Translations under genes and position numbers: made by a program | Shown here: positions 47,095 through 58,233 of the stretch, in pieces | How the letters are laid out: every line of letters begins with the position of its first letter | Position numbering within the stretch: position 1 is the stretch's first letter | Notes under the pieces: generated by a model | What the model was told of the DNA's origin: nothing | The model's database searches: none | The model's input: only the letters and a program-made list of their open reading frames with translations | Origin: an uncultured Candidatus Woesearchaeota archaeon | Lineage (GTDB): Archaea > Nanobdellota > Nanobdellia > UBA10117 | Length of the DNA: 64,000 bases | Assembly (NCBI GenBank): GCA_903864915.1 | Contig: CAIPHS010000007.1 | Location: 114,933 to 178,932 of the forward strand | Direction: 5' to 3'

Positions 47095-48438
47095 ATGCTA
47101 GACAAGCTTGGCGAGTCCTTGAAGGATTCTCTGCGAAAACTGCTTAAGATATCGCTTGTAGATAAGAAACTGGTTGATGAGCTTACATCTGACATCAAAA
47201 AATCCCTCATTTCTGGCGATGTGAATCTTGAGTTGGCAACTAAAATTACTGAGTCCATAAAAAAGAGGGCTCTGGAGGAAAAGCCGAAATCCGGTTTGAC
47301 GCATAGGGAACACGTCATAAACATAGTCTATGAAGAGCTCGTCAAGCTGTTAGGAGCCGAGCCTGGCAAGTTTGAAATAAAAGAAAAACCGACAAGAATT
47401 CTCCTTGTAGGATTATTCGGTTCTGGAAAGACAACAACTGCTGCCAAACTCGCGAAACTTTTCAAGAAGCAGGGCCAGAAAGTCTGTTTAGTACAAACTG
47501 ATACATGGAGACCTGCAGCATATGAGCAATTAAAGCAACTGTCTGAGAAGATTAACATCCCATTTTATGGAATAAAAGACGAGAAGGACCCCGTAAAGAT
47601 TGTGCAGAAATTCGAGCCAGATTATAGCAGGTTCAATGTCGTGATTTTCGATTCTGCGGGCCGTGATGCACTAAGCGCTGAACTTACTACGGAAATAAAG
47701 AAATTAAACCAGGCGGTAAAACCACACGAAAAACTGCTTGTTATGTCTGGAGACATAGGTCAGGCTGCAAAGGCACAGGCAAAGGCTTTCAAGGAAAATA
47801 TTGGCGTTACTGGTGTTATAATCACAAAGCTTGATGGGACTGCAAAAGGCGGCGGCGCCATATCTGCCTGCGCAGAAACCGGTGCAAGGGTAAAGTTCAT
47901 TGGTGTCGGTGAGCACATCGATGATTTTGAAGATTACGAGCCCAAGCGCTTCGTATCGCGCTTGCTGGGCCTTGGAGACTTGCAGACGTTACTGCAGAAG
48001 GCTGAAGAGTCTATGAAGAAAGAGGATGCTGAAGCTTTGGCAAAGAAGTTCATCAAGGCAGAGTTCACGTTTGATGATTTGATGAAGCAGATGGAGGCCT
48101 TGCAGAAAATGGGCCCGTTGTCACAGATAATGTCTATGATTCCGGGAGCCAGCATGGCAAAGATTCCTCCCGAGTTGATGCAGGTCCAAGAAGGCAAGCT
48201 AAAGACTTGGAAATTCATAATTCAATCGATGACTAAGCAAGAACGAGATAATCCAGATTTAATTGAAGGTTCAAGAATCAGGAGAATTGCCAAAGGTTCT
48301 GGCAAGCCTGAATCAGAAGTCAGAGATCTAGTCAAGCAATACAACCAGATGAAAAAGATGATGAAGATGATGGGCAACCAGAAGCAAATGCAAAAACTCC
48401 AGAAGATGCTAGGCGGCAAAATGCCTATGGGGCTTTAG
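47095..48438 (+). CDS. srp54: Signal recognition particle protein SRP54
   Basis: GSGKTTT, D.WRPAA.EQL, DSAGR, TKLDG.AKGGGA; Met-rich M domain with SR..RIA.GSG. Confidence 0.96.
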   Translation: MLDKLGESLKDSLRKLLKISLVDKKLVDELTSDIKKSLISGDVNLELATKITESIKKRALEEKPKSGLTHREHVINIVYEELVKLLGAEPGKFEIKEKPTRILLVGLFGSGKTTTAAKLAKLFKKQGQKVCLVQTDTWRPAAYEQLKQLSEKINIPFYGIKDEKDPVKIVQKFEPDYSRFNVVIFDSAGRDALSAELTTEIKKLNQAVKPHEKLLVMSGDIGQAAKAQAKAFKENIGVTGVIITKLDGTAKGGGAISACAETGARVKFIGVGEHIDDFEDYEPKRFVSRLLGLGDLQTLLQKAEESMKKEDAEALAKKFIKAEFTFDDLMKQMEALQKMGPLSQIMSMIPGASMAKIPPELMQVQEGKLKTWKFIIQSMTKQERDNPDLIEGSRIRRIAKGSGKPESEVRDLVKQYNQMKKMMKMMGNQKQMQKLQKMLGGKMPMGL

Positions 48439-48817
48439 CTGGTTCTGCAGTCTTAAGATCCCCACCTAAAAATTCCACAATTCTTCCCAAATCTTCTTGG
48501 GTTGCATTGCTCGAATTAACCTTAATTTTTTTACTGATGCAAATAATGTCTAAATCCGCAACCTTTTTGTCATGAGCATCCGTAACATCAACGGCTATGG
48601 CATAGCCCCACGGTTTTTGTTCAAGTCTGTAAATATAATCTTCCTTTTCTATTGTCAAAACGGGCACATAATGATTCCCGCAAGATGGTTCAGAAAAGCC
48701 TCTTGCATCCCAAAATCCTCCATGCCTCCGGTGCATCTTCAAAAGATAGCCGTTTGGCTCTTCATCCCAACGTTTGAATAGGGGTGGTGTGGGTAACGCT
48801 TGTTTTTTAGCCCGCAT
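48425..48817 (-). CDS. Hypothetical protein
   Basis: 130 aa from MRAKKQ; fills the srp54-rpl21e gap on the opposite strand. Confidence 0.6.
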   Translation of the reverse strand: MRAKKQALPTPPLFKRWDEEPNGYLLKMHRRHGGFWDARGFSEPSCGNHYVPVLTIEKEDYIYRLEQKPWGYAIAVDVTDAHDKKVADLDIICISKKIKVNSSNATQEDLGRIVEFLGGDLKTAEPAKAP

Positions 48818-48868
48818 ATTTAGACTATAAAGGCAAAGTCTTAAAAATGCTGTTTTTAAGCTGGAGTT

Positions 48869-49165
48869 ATGGTTAAGCGAGCTGGAGCATTTAGAAGCAG
48901 GACCAGGCACAAGTTAAGAAAAGTGCCCCGGACTAGCGGCAAGGTCTCTGTCACGAAATTCCTTCAAAAGTTCAAGGAAGGCGAGAACGTCATAATCAAG
49001 CACGAGCCGACAATCCAGGATGGAATGCCACATCCGCGTTTCAAAGGTTTAACCGGAAAAGTGATTGGCATGCAAGGTTATGTCTACAAGGTCCTAGTGA
49101 TGGATGGCAGCGTCCGAAAAATCCTGCTGGTCGCGCCAGTGCATCTGCTTAAGGTGAAACAATGA
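48869..49165 (+). CDS. rpl21e: 50S ribosomal protein eL21
   Basis: R..TR.KL.K, GMPH.RF.G.TG.V, P.HL. Confidence 0.95.
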   Translation: MVKRAGAFRSRTRHKLRKVPRTSGKVSVTKFLQKFKEGENVIIKHEPTIQDGMPHPRFKGLTGKVIGMQGYVYKVLVMDGSVRKILLVAPVHLLKVKQ

Positions 49166-49497
49166 CTGCTGAAATAATTTCAAAAGAGCCAGTAGCAATA
49201 CCGCAACTTAGCAAATTCCTGAAAGAGGCTAAAAAGGAAGACAGAGCTGAAATACAAAACAAGATTCTGGACTACAGCAAGAAAGCCTCCAAATTGACTG
49301 AAGCAAACTGCGACAAATTGCTTGCAGAATTAAAATCATTGAACATTCCAGGTTTCACAGACGACTTGGCTGTGAGCCTTGCGAACATACTACCCATAAC
49401 TTTGACAGAGATAAGGTCGCTGATGTCTGGAAAGTCAAATATCAGCCCGGAAAACTTTAAAAAGATGCAAGAGATACTCTTGAAATACAGTAAGTAA
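49162..49497 (+). CDS. rpoF: RNA polymerase subunit Rpo4 (F)
   Basis: A..LA.ILP....E.R HRDC-like fold; syntenic after rpl21e. Confidence 0.85.
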   Translation: MTAEIISKEPVAIPQLSKFLKEAKKEDRAEIQNKILDYSKKASKLTEANCDKLLAELKSLNIPGFTDDLAVSLANILPITLTEIRSLMSGKSNISPENFKKMQEILLKYSK

Positions 49498-49517
49498 AAT
49501 GAAACTGACTACCAAAA

Positions 49518-50075
49518 ATGATGTTGCAACGAAGAGCGAAAGAAGAGAATGCGATAGTGCTAGAATACCTGAAGCACGGCTATCTCGACGACTCGAGGCC
49601 GATGCACAAGAAAGAGCCGGCTGCGCAAGTAATTGGTAAGTCTTATTTTACACTTTTAGAGATAGTTCCTTCTGTTGAGCTAAAGCCTTATGATGAGGTT
49701 TACATTGGTGAAGGCAAGCGCGATAAAGTTCTGTACATAAAAGGAATCTTACCGTTTGAAAGGTTAACCCAAACAGCCAAGACGGAAATACCATTCATTA
49801 TAGAGAAGATGGTAATCTCGAATGAGAAACATTATCTGGACTTCTTCAACAATGCAGGCCCTATCAGTTTACGGGCACATCAGCTAGAGCTATTACCTGG
49901 CGTTGGAAGAAAGCACTCGCAGGCTTTGCTTGATGAGAGACAAAAGAAACCTTTCGAATCATTTGAAGACCTAAGAAAGAGGGTTCCTGCTGTCGACCCG
50001 AAGAAAGCAATCATAGAGAGAATAATGGAAGAGCTTCAGGAAAAAGACAGGCACCGATTATTTGTCAGACGTTAG
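49518..50075 (+). CDS. DUF655 putative RNA-binding protein
   Basis: FTLLE, FFN.A.PI..R.H.LELLPG.G.K, PF.SF.D. Confidence 0.9.
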   Translation: MMLQRRAKEENAIVLEYLKHGYLDDSRPMHKKEPAAQVIGKSYFTLLEIVPSVELKPYDEVYIGEGKRDKVLYIKGILPFERLTQTAKTEIPFIIEKMVISNEKHYLDFFNNAGPISLRAHQLELLPGVGRKHSQALLDERQKKPFESFEDLRKRVPAVDPKKAIIERIMEELQEKDRHRLFVRR

Positions 50076-50552
50076 AACTAGACCCACATCTTCCCCACAT
50101 ATTTTCATTTCCATTATTTTGAAATATTTTTCGACAGCATCCAGCTTGCCTTCGAATTTGTTCAGCACTGTTAGGACAAACGTGCCTTTCTGTTTTAGGA
50201 TTCTTTTCACTTCGAGCAAAGCAGCATCTGCGGAATCAAGATTTTGTATTGCGGTAAAGCTTAGGATTGTTGCAAAGCTGTTGTCTTTGAAAGGCAACTT
50301 TTCAATATCGCCCAGCACATTTTTTTCCTTTGATTTCTTCAGCATTTCAAAGGAGATATCGATGCCAATCATCGGAACTTTCAAAAATTCCTTCAGCATG
50401 CCAGTACCGCAGCCCAGGTCAAGCACAGGTTTTTTTATTGAAATGTCCTGCAGCATCTGGTGGTATTTCTCTTCCTGTATGTCACCATACCGTTCGTTGT
50501 AGATGCCGGCAGTAGAATCATATTTTTCCCTTATCAAAGTCTTGTCAGACAT
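50058..50552 (-). CDS. Class I SAM-dependent methyltransferase
   Basis: LDLGCGTG, GIDIS..ML, D...LPF...SF. Confidence 0.9.
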   Translation of the reverse strand: MSDKTLIREKYDSTAGIYNERYGDIQEEKYHQMLQDISIKKPVLDLGCGTGMLKEFLKVPMIGIDISFEMLKKSKEKNVLGDIEKLPFKDNSFATILSFTAIQNLDSADAALLEVKRILKQKGTFVLTVLNKFEGKLDAVEKYFKIMEMKICGEDVGLVLTSDK

Positions 50553-50585
50553 AGCTTTTTAATCCAAATTTAGCTTTTAAAACAT

Positions 50586-50954
50586 ATGAAAGTCATAATT
50601 GATACGAACGCTTTTGTATATGCGGCAGAGAACAAAATAGACATATTTGCCTTGCTTAAAGGCGACGATATCATAATTCCAAATCTTGTCTTGGAAGAGC
50701 TGCGGGTGCTTGCAAAACATACCATAAAGGCATCAGACAGAAAAGCAGCTTCGCTAGCTCTTAAAATTATAGAGAATCATTCCTTCAACACAATAGAGTT
50801 GTCCGGCTCCACAGACAAGGCAATAGGTGAATTTGCGAAAAAGGAAGGCGCTGCAGTCCTTACAAACGACCTGGAGCTGAAGAAAGGCCTTGCTAAGGGC
50901 AATGTAAGAGTGCTCCACATAAGGCAGAAAAAGTACATAGAGCACTGGGCATAA
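50586..50954 (+). CDS. PIN domain protein (Fcf1/Utp24-like)
   Basis: IDTN, V..EL, TND..LK; syntenic before rpoE1. Confidence 0.88.
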   Translation: MKVIIDTNAFVYAAENKIDIFALLKGDDIIIPNLVLEELRVLAKHTIKASDRKAASLALKIIENHSFNTIELSGSTDKAIGEFAKKEGAAVLTNDLELKKGLAKGNVRVLHIRQKKYIEHWA

Positions 50955-51005
50955 AGCTTTTTAAACCTAAAATTCGCCTCTCATCTATCTGTTTAGGCAA
51001 ACAAA

Positions 51006-51608
51006 ATGTACTATAAATCCGAAGTTAACGGCGTCGCACGAATCCCACCAGCCCTATTTTCAGAGAAGCTCGAGACTGCTGTTGAAAAGCAGCTCAAAAC
51101 AGACTACGAGGGCCAGGTGTACGAAGAGCTCGGCAAAGTCATACAAATCCTCGATGTTAAAAAGATAGAAGAAGGAGTCATAATACCTGGGGACGGCGCA
51201 GCATACCACCGAACCAAATTCGTCATGCTGCATTATGTTCCAGAAATAAACGAAATAGTGGAAGGGGACATCAAAGATATTGCAAAGTTCGGCGCATTTG
51301 TCGACTTTGGTCCTTTTGAAGGAATGATCCACGTCAGCCAGGCAATGGATGACTTCGTCTCATTTTCAAAATCCGGCACGCTTGCTGGAAAGAAATCCGG
51401 AAGAAACCTGAAGACTGGCGATTATGTCAGGGCAAGGATAGTTGCAATCTCATACAAAGATCCTAAAAACCCAAAGATAGGCCTGACAATGAGACAGCCT
51501 GCCTTAGGGAAGATTGAATGGATAGAAGCAGACACAAAGGACGAAAGGAAAGCCATGGGCAAAGTTGAGGAAAAGCCTGTGGAGAAAAAGAAGAAGGTGA
51601 AAAAGTAA
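51006..51608 (+). CDS. rpoE1: RNA polymerase subunit Rpo7 (E')
   Basis: RIPP..F, GDGA, FGAFV..GP..G..HVSQ, KIGLTMRQP.LG. Confidence 0.96.
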   Translation: MYYKSEVNGVARIPPALFSEKLETAVEKQLKTDYEGQVYEELGKVIQILDVKKIEEGVIIPGDGAAYHRTKFVMLHYVPEINEIVEGDIKDIAKFGAFVDFGPFEGMIHVSQAMDDFVSFSKSGTLAGKKSGRNLKTGDYVRARIVAISYKDPKNPKIGLTMRQPALGKIEWIEADTKDERKAMGKVEEKPVEKKKKVKK

Positions 51609-51791
51609 ATGGCAAAACAAGCTTGCAAGGTTTGTAAACAAATAGTCATGAAGGACAAATGTCCTGATCACCCAGATGCCAAACTAGCTGAGAACTGGAA
51701 GGGCAGAATCATAATACTTGACCCTAACACTTCTGAGTTGGCAAAGAAGATGAATATTACAAAAAAAGGAGAATACGCGATTCTTGTTTAA
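51609..51791 (+). CDS. spt4: Transcription elongation factor Spt4 (RpoE'')
   Basis: AC..C...CP.H, W.G..II.DP..S..A, G.YA. Confidence 0.92.
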   Translation: MAKQACKVCKQIVMKDKCPDHPDAKLAENWKGRIIILDPNTSELAKKMNITKKGEYAILV

Positions 51792-51792
51792 A

Positions 51793-52113
51793 ATGGATGT
51801 CAAAATAGTTGATAAAAAGGAAGATTTGTTTTTCAACCGAACTGAAATCAAGGCAGAAATTTCTCATCAGGGCGTGCCTACTCCTAAAAGAGTGGAAGCA
51901 AAGAAATTACTCTCTGAAGCTTTGAACGCTTCGCCAGAACTGCTTGTAATAAGAAGATGCAAATCACAATTTGGTTTCAAGGCCCTCTGCGACTTAATGT
52001 TATACAAAACAAAGGAAGATTTGGAAAAGAACGAGCCTGCATACGTAAAAGGCAGGGAAACAGGACAAAAGCTGCACAAGACAAAGGAGGCTAAGGCAGC
52101 GCCTGCTAGATAA
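51793..52113 (+). CDS. rps24e: 30S ribosomal protein eS24
   Basis: R.E......H....TP.R, EP.Y. Confidence 0.88.
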   Translation: MDVKIVDKKEDLFFNRTEIKAEISHQGVPTPKRVEAKKLLSEALNASPELLVIRRCKSQFGFKALCDLMLYKTKEDLEKNEPAYVKGRETGQKLHKTKEAKAAPAR

Positions 52114-52115
52114 AC

Positions 52116-53624
<1,509 letters not shown>

Positions 53625-53628
<4 letters not shown>

Positions 53629-54137
53629 ATTTCCGCCTTAAGTTCTTTCAAAATTCTTGTCCAGTTGACTCTTGTCAGATAATAAATCTTAACGTCTCTC
53701 CTCTGCTTTACTTTCTCTATGAAAGGATTCTTGGACTTAAAACTTATTGTTGCTATAACTTTTTTTGCGTCCAAAGCTTGCCCAACAAGCTGCTTGAACC
53801 TCTCTGAAAGGACTTCCATGTTTCCTATCTCATCAATCGCGATGGTATTTGCGTTTTCAATACCCCACTCCAGCGCAGGGATTGCAATCCTTTCGAAAAC
53901 ATCCACCTCAACACCGTACTTGGAGACGACCGCAGGCTTCATTTCCATTGAAGCGAAGACTGCCTCCTTGCCCGTATGAAAATCAACAACCTTGAAGCCC
54001 CACCTTTCGCCGTCCTTTCTTATTTCGGGTGTGGAAAATCCGCCGACTTCCTTGTTCTGTATGGCCTCTCTCAGCAAAGTTGATTTCCCGGACGCAGGTG
54101 GTCCGCTAATAAGAATATTGTATTTCATTGTGGCCAT
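53625..54137 (-). CDS. NTPase (THEP1/NTPase_1)
   Basis: G.P..GKST, GF.T.E.R..G.R.GF, IDEIG.ME. Confidence 0.92.
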
Positions 54138-54211
54138 TAGTAAAAGCCAGTTTTGCGAATAAAAGACTTTCTAACCACAATCTATAAAATGGGCCAGAAT
54201 AGCCTTTAGTT

Positions 54212-55189
54212 ATGGCTCCTGTTATAGAAGTTAAGGACCTAAAAAAGAGTTTCAAGACTTACCACAGGGGAGCAGGCCTGCTTGAGGCATTCAAATCCCT
54301 CGTGGCTAGAAAGCACAAGTTAGTCTATGCTCTCAAAGGAGTCAGCCTGAAAGTTGAGAAAGGTGAGATCCTTGGTCTCATAGGCCCAAATGGTGCTGGA
54401 AAATCCACTCTGATAAAAATACTTTGTGGTGTGCTTTATCCGGATTCGGGTTCTGCAAAAATTCTGGGCTTTAACCCATGGGAAGATAGGATAAAATACG
54501 TACAGAATATAGGCGTAGTTTTCGGTCCGCAAAAATCACAATTAAACTGGGATTTGCCTGCAGTTGACACATTTTTCTTCATCAAAGAACTGTATGAAGT
54601 CCCGTCAAAGGAATTCGGCAAAAGGCTTGCATACTTTTCAAAGCTCTTGAATGTTGAAGACCTATCAAAGCGGCCTGTCCGCAACCTCTCTTTAGGCGAA
54701 AGGATGAAATGTGACTTGATTGCAGCACTTTTACACAATCCAAAACTCGTATTCCTTGATGAGCCGACTGTCGGCGTGGACTTGATTTCAAAAGAAAGAA
54801 TACATGAGTTCATCCACAAGGTAAACAAAGAAGAGGGCACCACATTCATCGTAACAACGCACGACATGTCAGACATAGAAAAACTATGCAAAAGGATAGT
54901 TGTGATTAATAAAGGACTGGCAGTTTACGATGGACCATTAGCTACATTAAAATCGAAGTTCAAAGAAAAGCATCTGGAAATAAAACTAACTGAAAAGGGC
55001 AAGCCATTTTCTTTCAAGGGATGCAAGGTTCTTGAGCAAAAAGATATAATTTTGAGAATAGAAGTAAATACTAACTTACAAAATATCGAAGCGGTAATGC
55101 ATCACATCCTTTCTAACTACAAGGTTCTAGACATTACAATAACCGACCCTGAGATTGAAGAAGTCATAAAGAAGATTTACAGGAAGTAA
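54212..55189 (+). CDS. ABC-2 type transporter ATP-binding subunit
   Basis: GPNGAGKST, LSLGE, LDEPT.G.D, TTH. Confidence 0.95.
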   Translation: MAPVIEVKDLKKSFKTYHRGAGLLEAFKSLVARKHKLVYALKGVSLKVEKGEILGLIGPNGAGKSTLIKILCGVLYPDSGSAKILGFNPWEDRIKYVQNIGVVFGPQKSQLNWDLPAVDTFFFIKELYEVPSKEFGKRLAYFSKLLNVEDLSKRPVRNLSLGERMKCDLIAALLHNPKLVFLDEPTVGVDLISKERIHEFIHKVNKEEGTTFIVTTHDMSDIEKLCKRIVVINKGLAVYDGPLATLKSKFKEKHLEIKLTEKGKPFSFKGCKVLEQKDIILRIEVNTNLQNIEAVMHHILSNYKVLDITITDPEIEEVIKKIYRK

Positions 55190-55190
55190 C

Positions 55191-55988
55191 ATGTTCCGCA
55201 AGACACTTTCTTTTGTCAGAATGGGTGCGCAAAATCTCCTGGCCTACAAATTTGAGATAAGCCTGTTCACCATAATCAGCTTCCTTTCTTTGTCAATCTA
55301 TTACTTCCTATGGCACACGATTTATTCCTATTCGAACACTACGCTAGTTAGCGGGTTCACGTTCAGCCAACTTATGGGCTATTATATACTAACTAACTTT
55401 GCCGGCGCATATTTCTGGTCAGATATGGATTCGCGCATCAGTGACAGAATCCGCGATGGGAAACTTATTGTAGACCTTGCGAGGCCTGCAACATTGCTAA
55501 AGACATTTGTCGCAACAGAAATAGGGCAAACCCTTTTTGTACTGGCGGTTCAGACAGCACCCATAATCATAATGGGTGTGCTCTTGTTCAATTTGCGCGC
55601 AGGAAGTTTATTATCACTGGTTCTGTCAATAATCTCATTCTCCATTGCTATCTTGCTTAGCATGATATTCGTATTTTTCGTTGGACTAAGCTCGTTCTGG
55701 CTGACTCGTTATCATGGTGTGAGATATGCCAGAAGCGCTTTGACCTGGATTTTATGCGGGGGAGTCTTTCCACTCGCATTCCTGCCTCAATTTTGGCAGA
55801 AAATCCTGATAATTTTACCATTCCAGCATTTCGTCTACACCCCAATACAAATATTCTTAGGAGGATATACGAGTATAACCGCACTGGAGCTGATTGGCCT
55901 CCAAATAATGTGGCTAGTCATATTCTACGGGCTGGTTAAACTGGCATGGCCGCGCGCCATGGCCAAATTCTCGGCGGCAGGTGGATGA
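55191..55988 (+). CDS. ABC-2 family permease
   Basis: I..G.L...L.RP, G..FPL..LP, C-terminal GG. Confidence 0.88.
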   Translation: MFRKTLSFVRMGAQNLLAYKFEISLFTIISFLSLSIYYFLWHTIYSYSNTTLVSGFTFSQLMGYYILTNFAGAYFWSDMDSRISDRIRDGKLIVDLARPATLLKTFVATEIGQTLFVLAVQTAPIIIMGVLLFNLRAGSLLSLVLSIISFSIAILLSMIFVFFVGLSSFWLTRYHGVRYARSALTWILCGGVFPLAFLPQFWQKILIILPFQHFVYTPIQIFLGGYTSITALELIGLQIMWLVIFYGLVKLAWPRAMAKFSAAGG

Positions 55989-56776
55989 TGGGAAAACTGG
56001 CTAGAATCTGGATAGGTGCGACGAGGCTTGAGTTAAGCGACGAACTATCATACAGATTTAACTTCATACTCAAGACTATCACGCACACCCTCACGAGCGC
56101 AATAATACCTCTCATCACTTTGCTGGTCTACACAGTCTCATCAGGCATACCCGGCTGGAGCCTCGAGGAATTCCTTCTTTTGAATGGATCATTCATGTTC
56201 ATTGGAGGCCTAGGCTCAACCCTCTTCCAATCCATGACATGGCGAACCATAGACAAAATATGGCACGGCAGATACGATATGGATTTAATCAGGCCCGTCA
56301 GGCCACTGGTTTTAGCAACATTGAATACATTCAACCCTGATGGCTTGGCATACATTTTTGTCGGGGCATCTATCATGGCTGTTTCGCTAGTGAAAATGCA
56401 TTGGGTATTCAATGCCATAAGCACACTAAGCTTTGTATTGCTTGTTGGATTAGCACTGTTATTTTTCTATTCAATAGACATAATCACAATTGCGCTCTCG
56501 TTCCTGTTTGTCAAAACATTCGCATTAGCCAATGCCGTAGAAGAAATAATCAACATAGGGAAATATCCTTTGTCAATATACGGCTCAACAGGCATGGTAT
56601 TATTCACATTCTTGTTCCCCGTAGGCCTTGCGGGATTTTACCCTGCCCAGGCCCTTCTCGGAAAATTATCTTTCTTAATGATTGGAAAGCTCGCGCTTGT
56701 AGCTTTTGCATTTTTCGGATTCAGCCTGCTACTCTGGAGCGTATGGATGAAGAAATATTCTTCTGCTGGCGGCTAA
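55985..56776 (+). CDS. ABC-2 family permease
   Basis: GWS..E, G..D..L.RP, YP.SIY, Y.SAGG. Confidence 0.88.
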   Translation: MMGKLARIWIGATRLELSDELSYRFNFILKTITHTLTSAIIPLITLLVYTVSSGIPGWSLEEFLLLNGSFMFIGGLGSTLFQSMTWRTIDKIWHGRYDMDLIRPVRPLVLATLNTFNPDGLAYIFVGASIMAVSLVKMHWVFNAISTLSFVLLVGLALLFFYSIDIITIALSFLFVKTFALANAVEEIINIGKYPLSIYGSTGMVLFTFLFPVGLAGFYPAQALLGKLSFLMIGKLALVAFAFFGFSLLLWSVWMKKYSSAGG

Positions 56777-56917
56777 TTACTTGGGAATTACGCTCTTGGC
56801 TTTTGCAACAGCGTTTCCGACCATTCCTTTTGTCATTTGCGGATAGAACCACAAGCCAACCACTAGCAAAATCAGCACCACGACCGCAATTATCAACATA
56901 GTGTTTCCTTTTTTCAT
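56777..56917 (-). CDS. Small class III signal peptide-like protein (46 aa, not in ORF track)
   Basis: MKKG|NTMLIIAVVVLILLVVGLWFYP...; GAGGT SD. Confidence 0.6.
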   Translation of the reverse strand: MKKGNTMLIIAVVVLILLVVGLWFYPQMTKGMVGNAVAKAKSVIPK

Positions 56918-56919
56918 AT

Positions 56920-58209
56920 CTACCTCTTGGTCAGCTTGCTTCTTATAATTTTCCCTCTTTTCTCAAGCTCTTCCCGCTTTTCTTTCCCAAACTCAATCCT
57001 CTTTCCTTTTTTTCCAGTCTCGGTCCAAGACTTCTTTTCTTTTTCCCTATATCTTAGAAGCATCTGGTCCATCGCCTTGATTGCCCAGCTCACCGCAGTA
57101 TTAGGGTCAAAGTTAACTTCTTCCACACTGAATGTCTTGAAAGGCATTGCCAACCTCAAATGAATTGAGTATTTCACATGCTTCGTCGGCTTTGGCTCAT
57201 GCAGCTTTATGTGAACCAAGAAATAGCGTATTACCTGCCCTTGGAAATACGAGCGCTTTATCTTTTCATAGAATTCTGCAACCTGGTTCCTTATCGAATC
57301 ATACAACTGTCCTGGCAGCTGCTCGCAGCCCATGAAAGTTATGCTCCAGTATTCAGGAGCTCTCAGCCTAAAGAAAGATTCCAGCAAGTCCCTGGTCGTT
57401 ATTATCCCGGTTGGCTTTCTGTTTTCAACTACAACCAAATCAGAGACCTTGTGCTCTGCCATGTCCGCAACAGCCCTGCCTAATGGTTCTGATGGTGATG
57501 CCGTGAACTGTGGCAGCGAAGCAAAGCTTCCGATGCTTGAGTCCATTGTAAAATTCTTCCTTGTTATGAAAACCCTTGGCCCTGAAAATGAACCCTTTCC
57601 GCCACCAGTTGAAAGCGTTTTTGACGAACCTTTCATCTTTTCTTCTGGAACCGTAAAGTAATGCTTGTACAAGTCGGTCAGGGAAAATGTTGATATTAGA
57701 TTTCCACTCTTATCAGTAATAGGCACGTGGCTTATTCTCTTTTCCTTCAGAATATTTATGACATTCCCCAGCCTAGCATCTTCCATAAAAGTAACTGGGT
57801 TTGGAGTTGCAATCTCTGAACACCTTAATTTCGCCAATGCCGGAGTCTTCGGCAACAAGCTTAGAATATCCCTTGCTCTAACAATACCAAGAATCTTGCC
57901 TTTTTTCATAACAGGCAAAACGCACGGATATGAATGATACATCAGCTCAGCAGCCTTGAAAACATCGGCATCCGGTGCGATAGTCGGAGGATTGCTGATG
58001 AAGTGCTCAATCTTTGCTCCCTGGTTTAATTTTGATTCTACCAGCTTAAACCTGTCAAGAACGCCCCTATAAGGCTCCTTGAATTTCTTGTCAAAAACAA
58101 GACCATACCTTTCATCCGCTTTCGCTAATTTGCCAAAAACGTTTGTAATAGAATCATCCCATTCCAAGCGCAAATAATCGCGCTGCATAATCTCCGAAAC
58201 AGTGACCAT
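56920..58209 (-). CDS. 4xCBS domain protein with C-terminal HPF/RaiA-like domain (hibernation factor candidate)
   Basis: Four CBS repeats (LPV...G...GIV, VP..D..G, L.VV....P.GIIT..D), then a beta-alpha-beta-beta-beta-alpha region and a basic tail. Confidence 0.8.
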   Translation of the reverse strand: MVTVSEIMQRDYLRLEWDDSITNVFGKLAKADERYGLVFDKKFKEPYRGVLDRFKLVESKLNQGAKIEHFISNPPTIAPDADVFKAAELMYHSYPCVLPVMKKGKILGIVRARDILSLLPKTPALAKLRCSEIATPNPVTFMEDARLGNVINILKEKRISHVPITDKSGNLISTFSLTDLYKHYFTVPEEKMKGSSKTLSTGGGKGSFSGPRVFITRKNFTMDSSIGSFASLPQFTASPSEPLGRAVADMAEHKVSDLVVVENRKPTGIITTRDLLESFFRLRAPEYWSITFMGCEQLPGQLYDSIRNQVAEFYEKIKRSYFQGQVIRYFLVHIKLHEPKPTKHVKYSIHLRLAMPFKTFSVEEVNFDPNTAVSWAIKAMDQMLLRYREKEKKSWTETGKKGKRIEFGKEKREELEKRGKIIRSKLTKR

Positions 58210-58233
58210 GATTATCAAATGAAAAAGAGATAT

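Noticed and set aside
50586-50954. VapC toxin of a toxin-antitoxin pair
   Set aside because: No antitoxin, and it occupies the conserved position before rpoE1 typical of the Fcf1-like PIN protein
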